Assembly: GCF_009914755.1 (NCBI RefSeq)
Contig: NC_060932.1
Direction: 5' to 3' (one strand)
Length of the DNA: 64,000 bases
From: the human T2T-CHM13v2.0 reference genome, Homo sapiens
The notes beneath the pieces are model-generated. The model saw only the letters and a program-made list of their open reading frames with translations. It searched no databases and was not told where the DNA came from. Both the position numbers and the translations under genes were made by a program. Positions within the stretch are counted from its first letter, which is position 1; every line of letters starts with the position of its first letter. Below, in pieces: positions 52,317 through 64,000 of the stretch.

Positions 52317-52461
52317 GTAAGTCTTAGATTGCTAATGTCATAGTATTTCTGAATTTAAATATTTTGAACATTCTTCTCAAAGTTTAAAATATATTTTTTC
52401 ATAGCCTTAAAAAGTAATATTGGATTTGTAATTTGATTATTTTCTTATTGAGTAGTCTATA

Positions 52462-52730
52462 GCAGGTTTCTCAACCTCAGCACTATTAACATTTGAGGCT
52501 GGATAATTGTTGTGTTGCACTATCTCATGCTTTGTAAGGTATTTAACAGCATCCCTGGCCTCTACCTACTAGATGCCAGTAGCACCCCTAATCACAGTTG
52601 TGACAGCCAGAAATATCCCCAGACATTACAAAATATCTCTTGTGGGGCAAAGTTCACCATCTCCAACTCTCGTCCTCATCCTTATCCACTTCATTGGGTC
52701 TCCTCCCCACTTCACTTTCAGAACCAATTG
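52462..52730 (+). mobile_element. MER20 (hAT-Charlie)
   Basis: CAGGTTTCTCAACCTCAGCACTATTAACATTTG...AGCATCCCTGGCCTCTACCTACTAGATGCCAGTAGCACC. Confidence 0.8.
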
Positions 52731-53793
52731 AGAGGATCATAACCATCATTTTTTTAAAAAGAGTAGACTAGAATAGAGTAGAAAACATCAAAGTCAAGTT
52801 CACAGAGTAAGGGTAATTGTGTTTGGTAAATTTTTGTTTTGTTATAATGTAAAATATATATTTCTTTCTGTAGATTATGGCCAAAAATGTTTTAAAGTTA
52901 CTCACTTATATTAGAAGTTTGTGACTTACTTGATGCTCGTGTTTCACGTTTAGACCAAGAGAAAGGTCTAGAAATTGGTTTCAGTGGCGAATTAATATCT
53001 TGTATAATAGATTCTGAACTTTTCATTAGATATATTTTAATCTTAATATTATAATCCAGTGAAATTTTTCACTTTAATTAAATAGCCATGTTGTCAACCA
53101 TTTGCCCAACTGCACAAAAGATGCCCCATTTGATCTTCTTTAAGTTGAGGTCTGTTGTGGAGAGTTTTAGTTTCTTCTGTGTCTCATGGCCTAATCTGAC
53201 TATTTTTACCTGGTAGTTGCAGGCCTTTTTTTGTTTCTGTATAAAATTTTGTGTAAAAAGTGGCCTAGCAAATGTAAGAATACATGTGTTTAGTTTTCTA
53301 GCTATAAATTATGAAATGTTTGAATCAATTCTTACAGTTTTGAAATTAGCACAACACACTTTTACTTACTTTGTAAGATGAGAGGGTGAATGGAAATGGT
53401 GGTGGATTAATTTGTAGAGAAGACCTAGCATAGGAGGAAGGAAAAATAGACTACACCTTTCAGATAGAAGCGTTATCCTTTAAGCTTTTAAAACAAACCC
53501 AAAAGATGTCGGCTTTGTATTTGTCTGAGTTTAGATGTTGTAAGTATCATTAGTGAAATTTACTGACTTACATAATCTCATAATTTTTTATAATTTTTAA
53601 GTAATGAATTTATGTGTTTGTAAAGAAGATAGGCTGTTGAAGACAATATACATTAGCAGTGTGAGGAAAATATTAATTTATGGTATTTCAGACCAATTAA
53701 ACATCTAAGGAATTCTAAACCAATTGGACTCAAAAATTTTTAGGACAAATTCTAATAATAAGAATATGTTAAAAATTCTTAGCTAGATAACAA

Positions 53794-54092
53794 TTTTTTT
53801 TTTTTAATTTGAGACAGGGTCTCACTCTGTTATCCAGGCTGGAGTGCAGTGGCTAATCATAGCTCACTGCAGTCTTGACCTCTTGGGCTCAAGAAATCCT
53901 TCTGTCTCAGCTCCCCAAGTAGCTGGGACCACAGGCTTTCACCACCGAGCCCAGCTAATTTTTTTTATTTTTATTAGAGATGAGGTCTTACTATGTTGCG
54001 CAGGCTGGTCTTGAACACCTGGGCTCCAGCAATCCTCCTGCCTCAGCCTCCCAAAGTGCTGGGACTACAGTTGTGAGCCACCACTCCTGACT
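53794..54092 (-). mobile_element. AluJ
   Basis: GAGACAGGGTCTCACTCTG...TCATAGCTCACTGCAGTCTTGACCTCTTGGGCTCAAG (J diagnostics). Confidence 0.9.
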
Positions 54093-54319
54093 TGTAATAA
54101 AATTTACTAAGACTTTCACAAGTAAAAGTTTTTAAAAGTCAAAGATTGATTATTCTCTTATGTATTCACTCCACCTATCGGTAAAATAATCTTATGCTAA
54201 ATAATTATTCCAATTTTAATGTGAGTCTTAGGACTTTACCCTTGAATAAAAAGGACTCAATCACATTGATGTTACATGGATATAATAAATTCCTTTGTTG
54301 CTATATTAGGCATCATTAT

Positions 54320-54398
54320 AACTCCTGACCTCAGGTAATTGGCCTGCCTTGGCCTCCTGAAGTGCTGGGATTATAGCCATGAGCCACTGCACCTGGCC
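54320..54398 (-). mobile_element. AluS 5' fragment (~80 bp)
   Basis: AACTCCTGACCTCAGGT...GAGCCACTGCACCTGGCC; no tail and no TSD. Confidence 0.8.
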
Positions 54399-55117
54399 CA
54401 AATTTTAATTGAAAGTGAAGGCTGTTATGTTGGATTGGAATTCAGTAGAGGATGCCTAGATTTTAATATTTAGTAAAGCTTTAAACATTTGATGATTAAA
54501 TTTGTTCAATGGATAGAAAAATGTATACTTTTGTGGAGGATATATTATTATTATATTATTATTATTAATTGATGAGAGACATAAAAGAGCAAATGTCCTA
54601 ATGGTATTACAAATGGTGTATAGGGCATTTATAATTGACCTGAAAAAGCATTGAAATAGCAGATAAGTTGGGTTTAAGACTAATTCAATATTTCAAGAGG
54701 GATAGAGTAGATTCATTCATTCATTTATTCATTATTTCTTTCAGCTAAAATATATCAAATGTCAATAATATGTAATACTAGAGTATGAAACATGAAATAA
54801 GATAGCATTTTTTCTTGCTCTAGAATTCCAGCTTTGGGGTACAGGAGTAAAATCTTGGACTGTAAATTTAACTGCATATATGGTAGTTGCTTCATCCTAG
54901 AAAATTGTATCTGGGGTAGGCTTTTATTTTTGTTAGCCTGTGCTAGAAATATTACACAAGTGAAAGGATTTTAGAGTCAGTTTAGCAGCAAAACAACTTG
55001 ACTTCTTATTTAAGCCTCAACCTTTTGGGTATACAATGTACTTTTACTGCATGTGGGAGATTATCCATTTATTAGGAAGTGTCACTTGAGAAAATGATCA
55101 AATAATGCAGTTTAGAT

Positions 55118-56468
55118 CAGGGATAGATAAACTATGGTTTGTGGGCACAATTCAGCCCATCACTTTTCTGTATATCTCTTGTTTTTGAACTTGGAATGTT
55201 TTTTACATTTTTGAATGGTTAAAAAAACTTAAATATTTTGTGATATGAAAATCACATGAAATTTAAATTTTAGTTTATGTAAACTAAATTTTATTTAAAC
55301 ACAGCCAACCCAGTCATTTATGTATTGCCTATCGGTTCTTTCATTGATACTTTTTTTATGACAGAGTTGAGTAGTTGAGACAGATTACATGTTGTGCTCT
55401 CATTGCTTTGCAGTGCTGCTCAGCAACTACAAATTACAGTGACTTGTTTGTAACTCCACAGTGTTTTGAGTAGCATGCACACAGCCATGCTGTGGCATTT
55501 CATTAATTTTTTATTAACTGTGCACACATTATGTCATGTCAAGAAAGGATAAGGAAAGCGGACTTTGAATGTTACAGCTTTAAGACACCATGGAATGTGG
55601 ATCACATGTTACCAGATTAAACACCCATCACAGTATTATCAACTCACAGGAAAGCAAAGTCCAGAAAAATTTGAAAATTTAAGTCACCAGATTTGGTAAC
55701 TTTTCTTAATGAACTTAACCCAAAATTGTGAGACAAAAAAATAACTATTTTAAGAGAAACTTATACTGTGGTAAAGTTATTTCAACAATTAATGTTTGAA
55801 TCTTAACTAATGTCAAGCTGTTTTATATACTTTACTTGGTGTCAAAAGTTAAAACAAAATAGCAAGATCTCTGTCCCTGCAGAATTTTGCAGTAGAAATA
55901 TCTTCTAAGGTCAAAGTACAGTTCCAGCAATGTTTCTCAGACTTCAATGTGAATACAAAGAAACCTCCGTATTTCAAAATTTGTTTAATTGTGCAGTTGA
56001 GGACCTTCAACTAGAAATGACTAATCTGCAGTATAATAAAATGCCAAGCTTTTAGTAGAAGAATCTAGTAAAAACCTAGAAATGTATTAAAAGGGATAAA
56101 TATGCATAATTAGATTATATGTTTATCAATCGATATCAGTGTTTGGCAGTACCTATCTGTATGAAAAGAAAATTTTTGAAGATCAAATACCTCTTATTAC
56201 AGATCAGTGGTAGCAGATGAAATTTCAATGATAGGAAACACTAACATTGAACCCTAATTAAGTGAAATGTTATCCCCAAAATGTATAGGTCTATATTTCA
56301 AAAATTATAGTCAATTATTATTTTATATTTTAAGTTTCATCAATAAAAATTGTGGAAGTTTGTCTTCATTGTTGTTACTTAAGACCTACATAATAGCTTC
56401 AATTTTGCTCTTTTGCTTCTAAAATATTTGCTATCTGGCTCTTTAGAGAAAAAGTTTGCCAGTCCCTG
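55118..56468 (+). mobile_element. Cheshire/MER58-family hAT transposon, internally deleted, with transposase remnants
   Basis: TIRs CAGGGATAGATAAACT / AGTTTGCCAGTCCCTG; MER58B-like 5' arm; hAT C-terminal remnant SVFGSTYLYEK at 56136. Confidence 0.75.
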
Positions 56469-56759
56469 GATTACAGTACAGTATGCATTGTTCATTTTCG
56501 ATAAAGTTATCTTGAGATCAGTTGATATTTTCTAAAAATGAGAAAATAATCATTAATACTTTTTTAACTTTGAAAAACTAAAAAAATTAAGTTTTAAAAA
56601 TTAAATATTGTTATAATTATGCTTATAATTTTTCTGCTGGACATTTATTTTCTTCAGAATTTAAATTACTTTGCTTCACTTTTTAAGCAATACAATTTAT
56701 TATAGGAAATAAAATTATGTGTACTTACTGAGTTCTTATTTTCCTGTAATTCTTTGACA

Positions 56760-58170
56760 AGGTTTTTTTTTTTTTTTCATTTTTGAACATATTTTTAATA
56801 GCTGCTTTAAAATCTTTGTCTGCTAAATCCAACCTCTGTTCCACTGAGAGTCCGTATCTTAGCTCAGGCTACTATACCAAATTACCATAGACTGGATAGC
56901 TTAAAAAGCAGATGTTTATTTTTTACGGTTCTGGAGGTTGGGAAGTTTGAGATTAAGGTGCTGGCAGATTCAGTGTCTAGTGGGGGCCCTCTTTCCAAGT
57001 TGCAAATAGCTCTTTTTGCTGTATCCTTACATGATGTGGGAGAGATAATCTCTCTTGTGTTTCTTCTTATAAAGGTACTAATTCCATCATGAAGACTCCA
57101 CTCTCATGACTTCCCAAAAGCTTCACCTCAAAAACTATTGTATTGGGGATTAAGGCTTCAACACATGAATTTGGCAGGAGGGGCATGCAGACATTTAGTC
57201 CGTAGCAGTCAGTTTCTTTGAATGATTTTTTTCCTAGTTATGAGTAATGTTTCCCTATTTCTTTGAATGTCTTATAATTTTTGGTTGAAAATTGGGCATT
57301 TTAAGTGATGATCATGTAATAACTCTGGATTCTTACAGATTTTCCTGAGGATTATGTTTTCTTTTTTCTTTTCCTTTTTATAGTAACTTTCTTGGACTTA
57401 AAATGTAGAATTTGTCTCCCTGTGGTATGTGTCCCTCTGAAGTCTCTACTCTTTGGGTCATGATCCTAATTGTTAGCCAAAGATTTGGGTAGAAGTTGTG
57501 CTCAAATATCTTGAATTTGAAAGCCTCCACCTTATGCCATTTAATGTTTGTGTGGTATACAGACACATTTAAAGTTCAGCCAGTTCTCAACCCTTGGGTT
57601 TTACTTTCTACCGTGCTCTCTCAGGATCTCCCCTGTGTCTAAGAAGTGGTATAATTTCTTAGCCTGATATATGTGGAGAGTGTATTTAGCTTTTCTGAGG
57701 GTCTCTTATTTCCATGGTCTTCCTGTCAAATTTCTGACTGGTCTGCTTCACCCTTTGTTGGACCACGCCTTAGGCTAGAAAAATTGCTGGTTTTCTATTT
57801 CTTACTGGGTTTGCCTCTTTTAGCTGACAAAACCTTGGGTTTTCAGCTCCACCCCAAATCAAGTTTATGTCTTCTGGTAGCAAAAAAGCTGCTGGTTTTC
57901 CCAGCCATCCTCACGCTGATAGATTTATTGATCCTTTCAGTAGACCCGTCCTGTGTATGTACTCTGGTAGAAGAAAGTTATGGAAGCAACGCTAGGTAAG
58001 AAGGTAACATATATCTGTTGTTATTATCTGAAGCTCTAGAAGTTTTTCTCAATTTGATATCTGCTTTTGTTTGGTTTCCACAGCCATACAATTGTTGTGA
58101 CCAATTTTTCAAGACTTATACTTGATTTTTGTGAAGAGAAATAGTCAACACTTTGTGCCACTATCTAGAA
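56760..58170 (-). mobile_element. Ancient L1M 5' region, interrupted by MLT1A
   Basis: AATAGCTGCTTTAAAATCTTTGTCTGCTAAATCCAAC ... TATAATTTTTGGTTGAAAATTGGGCATT. Confidence 0.5.
56853..57207 (-). mobile_element. MLT1A-like solo LTR
   Basis: GTATCTTAGCTCAGGCTACTATACCAAATTACCATAGACTGG ... ACATTTAGTCCGTAGCA. Confidence 0.8.
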
Positions 58171-58179
58171 GTACCACCT

Positions 58180-58605
58180 TTTGCATGATTTTGTGAGTTT
58201 GGAATTCAGGCAAGGTTCAGCTGTGTAGTTTTTCTTCTTCAAATGATGCTATAGAGGTTAACACTGGTGGAATTTAGCTGGTGGTATGAGCTCATCTAGA
58301 GGGTCCAAAATGACTTCTTTTGCACATCTGGCACCTTAGCAGGGATGATTAGATGGGATTCTGAACCAGTGCACCTACTTTTGGTCTAACATAGCAGTTT
58401 CCCTATAAGGACTTCTTATATGATGGCTCAGGGCTCACAGAGATATAATTCTGAGACACCACTTATTCTGTCCTAGCTTTGGACTCATGTGGCATCACTC
58501 CTACAATATTCTATTTGGTATTAAAAAACAGTCACAGAAAATACAAGGAGAGGGGTCCACAGAAGGGCATGGATACTGGGAGACATGGTTTGTTCAAGGA
58601 CCATC
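58180..58605 (-). mobile_element. MLT1F/G/H-like LTR fragment
   Basis: GGAATTCAGGCAAGGTTCAGCTG ... GGGCATGGATACTGGGAGACATGG. Confidence 0.55.
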
Positions 58606-60309
58606 CAAAGAGCCCCGTTACCCAAAGGGCTTTAAAGCATGATACATACATCTTTTTTTCCCCTTATTCCCATGGATATTTTCACAAACCACTTCTCCAG
58701 ACATCCTTTTCTTCAATCTTGTGAATTTTTTTCCCTTGTTGGCCTATTAATTAGCCAAGCCATTTGCCCTGCCTATGTGTTTGTATATATTCTTACTTCA
58801 TGGCACCTTCTTTTTCTACACAAAGTGGATGGCCATCTGAAGCCCTGGCCTATTTTCTTCATTGCTTTCTTTCAGGGCCACTCTTGAATAGGGCTGTGGT
58901 ACAGCACCAGTCTACTTTTGGCTTTCATACACATGCTGAGCTATCCCATCAGTGAACCAGGCATGATGTTTGTCCTCCTTTGTCAGGTAGCCATAAGTGG
59001 CCCCTCATGTGGCCATAGATGTGAGCTGAGGGAGAGATGCCAATACAATATTAGTAGATGGCATGGAAGTCTGCGTTACCTTCATATGCATTTTACTCAT
59101 GCCCTCTGGTCCTACTGATGCTCAAATATGGATCACTACATCTGTCTTATAATGAATCATTGTTTGGCTTGTCCAACCTTTCAGTTTGCAGACCTAGCAG
59201 ACCCTAGCTTATGAGGGGCACTTCTAGCTGTTTGGTCATTGATGATTTATGACTAGATCTTTGCCCTCCACCAGGGCTAAGAGCATACCAAGAAGTAGTA
59301 TATAGGTTTCCACTGCAGACTACATGGCCTTGTTCCAGAACAAGTGTGTACATTGTGATTCTCCTAGTGAGACTTGCCATAAATTGTATATGGCTTCTTT
59401 TCCCACCATAGATGCTTTTAATACCATATAGTTTGTTATATCATGTGGCCCAAGTGGCAGGGTTGGACTTTATCTAAAGCGTCTTTCTGCTCTGGGTTCT
59501 ATTTTGAGCTGGAAGCCTTCTGTATTCTTGGCAATTGAGTCCAATCAATATTGCATAGTGTGGAATATGCTGCCTTCAGAATCCAAAGAGATGACCTACC
59601 ACGCGTTGTGCTTCCTTCTCATTGGTGGTAGGTACAAGAGGTAATAATTTGTCCTTTGTCTCAGAGGGGATGATCTGACCATTCCCATGACCACTAGGTC
59701 TCTAAAAATTTCTCTGGTGTTACAGGCCTCTGAATCTTTGTAGGATTTACCTTCTACCCTCTAAAGAGTATATGACTAAACAAGACTTCAAATATAATTA
59801 CTACTTCTTTCTCACCATATAGTGGACCAATATGATGTCCTGTGGAATGTCCCTATGGTCTCAGTCTTTTTGGACTGTATTATGATAGAAGGCAGGAGAA
59901 TTAGCATAACCCTGGAAAGAACTATCAGTATGTCCTTTTGTCCATCCCAGGGGTATGTGATAGTTCTGGTCCTTCTTGATAGGAATGGAAAAAAACATAT
60001 TTACCAGTTCAGTGTCTGCATATCATGTACTTGGGGCAGTATTAATTATTTAGGGAAGATGCAACATCTGGCATGTTAACCTGAGATGGGGCTACTACTT
60101 GATTGAGTTTATAGTAGTCCACTGTCATTTTTTAGGATGTATCAATGCACCTGCTTTTTTAGAGGGCAGACTGTTGAATTAAAAAAAGGAATATAATGTA
60201 GGCCATCACCTTTGTGCCCTTATTTTTTATGTAATTTTCACCAGTGGGAGATGGAATTTTCAGAGGCTTAGGCTTGACTTTCCCCATTATGGTAGTTCTT
60301 TTTGTTTGT

Positions 60310-61820
<1,511 letters not shown>

Positions 61821-61825
61821 TTGTT

Positions 61826-62025
<200 letters not shown>

Positions 62026-63499
62026 CCATTATAGTAGTTCTTAATTCCACAGGCCAAGGAACTAATGTAGGGGTTATTCTGAATACCAAGTATGTCTATA
62101 TGGAGACTGCTATAAATACCACTAAATGGAATCTGTGGAATTATTGAGCCTACCATGGGCCAGACTTGGGCCAGGACTCAATTTATTACTTATTTTCTAT
62201 ATAACCCCAATTTAAAAGTGGGGTTATGATGATACTGGGATTTTCAGTGTCACTGTCAACTAGGTACATTGTGTCCAATAGTTCTTAAAATGTGTGGGTT
62301 ATTTCCTTTCCTGTGTTTACTGTTACCTGAGAAAACAGCTGAATTCACTTTCCATGATGTTAGAGTTCTTCCTCCTGGCAACTCATCCTTTCTTTCAGTC
62401 ACAGGATTCCATGTCTGAAAACTGGTTTAGATCCAGAAACTATGCAAGGAGTTTTGTCTTGTTATTGGGGTGGTTTCCCTTAGCCTCCTGATTATCCATA
62501 ATTTTTGTTTTGATTATATAGATTGGGCATATCTTCATTAGTTGCGCATCTGTCTTGCCCCCAGGGACGCTGTGCTCAATGATCTTCTCCTTAGCAATGT
62601 GTATCCATACTCTGTGGCTACCACTCCTACCTTGACACTCATTATAATAATGGCATACTCACTATGTATTTGATTGCTAATAGCTGTCACCTGGCCTCTA
62701 TTTCAGGCTCCTCTTTATCTGATTGTTTTTGGGGAGCCCAGATAAGTAACAACATCTCTTACTGTCAGCCCTATCAGTAAGAGGAAAGCCAACACTGGTA
62801 TTCTCAATGATGCTGGTGTCTGCCTCAGCAGTGTGTTTCTTATTTCTTTAGCAAATGGAGGGGCATCTGAATCCTCAGATTCAGAGGGTTCAGGGGATCT
62901 AGTTTTAGGAATTTCAAGTACATGCAGCTAAGATGTCCCCATTCCATGCCTCAGGTTTCCCTACTTTCAGGAATCTGCCCTTAGTGTGGCAAACTTGCTG
63001 ACATTGAGAATTTTACTTTCTTTAGAGCATTGTTACCTTTATAATTAACACTTGGGCTTGATACTTAGCTGTTTATGCCCACTAGTTGCAGGAAATGAGA
63101 CTATATGCTTCCAAAGAAATCTATATACATATTTAAATTATATATTTTACTTGTCTATCTTTCTAGAATGTGAATTTCTTAAGCTCCTATTTGTACCTGT
63201 GGAACCTAGAACAGTTTCAAATTGTGTAATTATTAAGATGAATTCTAATATATGCCATATATACAATCATTTCATCAATTACATGTTTTTAAAGAAGAAT
63301 ATGTTGGTAATACCAAAAGAGCAAGATTTTAAAAAATAAGCTAATTATGGATAATGTTTATCATCCTATTTCAAATTCTACTGTACTTTAGCCAGCCATG
63401 CTTTTGTATTGGAGCTTAAGACTTGGTCTAAGCACATGGGGCCTCTAGATCTACTGACATTTTGGTTTGGTTCCTATTCTAAAATCTGCTGCTTTCAGA

Positions 63500-64000
63500 G
63501 CTGGCAGTGAATTAAGAGCAAATTGCCAGACACTTAGCAGCTTAAAACAACAACACATGTTTATTATCTCACAGTTTCTGTTGGTTAGGAGTCTTAGCAT
63601 GGCTAAGCTAGGTTTCCTACAGTTACAATCAAGTTGTCATCTGTGCTGCATTTCTATCTGGACACTTGATGCAGGGAAGAATCTGATTCCAAGTTTAATA
63701 AGATTGTTGGCAGAATTTATTTCCTTTTGACAAGAAGCTGCCATCAGCTCCCCCACATCTCCTAAAGGCTGTTAGTAGTTCCTAGAAGGTATCCACAGTT
63801 CCTAAAGGCTGCCTGCATTTCCTTTGTAACATGTGCTTTACATCATGGCTGCTTACTTCGTTAAGCCAGCAAAGAGAGTATCTAAAACAAGCTGACTAGC
63901 AAGGCAAAGTCTTATGAAACTTAACAGTGTCATGGGAGTAAGATCCCATCACCTTGCCATCCCCCTACCTTGTTTATGAGCAAGTCACAGGTCATATGAC
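63500..64000 (-). mobile_element. MLT1E/F-like LTR (runs off window)
   Basis: CTTAGCAGCTTAAAACAACAACACATGTTTATTATCTCACAGTTTCTG ... GGGAGTAAGATCCCATCACCTTGCCAT. Confidence 0.7.

Noticed and set aside
52560-52585. CTCF-like motif in MER20 (CCTACTAGATGCCAGT)
   Set aside because: Core mismatches relative to CCACTAGATGGC; much weaker than the 33080 site

Overview
Primate (very probably human) genomic DNA from inside the large neuronal gene RIMS2 (RIM2, presynaptic active-zone scaffold), transcribed on the + strand. One exon is unambiguous: a 926-nt internal coding exon at 46891-47816. The rest is AT-rich intron filled with old and young repeats: Alus, L1s (almost all antisense to the gene), THE1/MLT1 MaLR LTRs, two ERVL remnants, and hAT DNA-transposon fossils. 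Nearly all short ORFs in the track come from repeats. I see no new multi-gene system. The best leads are: (1) a 6-nt, frame-preserving microexon candidate at 52311-52316 with the sequence layout of an SRRM4-type neuronal microexon; (2) a candidate alternative first exon at ~42251-42282 that splices in frame to the large exon (MLDRCALVEQR-KRSPS...); (3) a strong CTCF motif at 33080-33098; (4) several readable retrotransposition events (a 3' transduction, a twin-primed L1 inserted into an Alu tail, a three-monomer Alu, a two-LTR ERVL provirus). Repeat subfamily names and the boundaries of old repeats were called by eye and are approximate.
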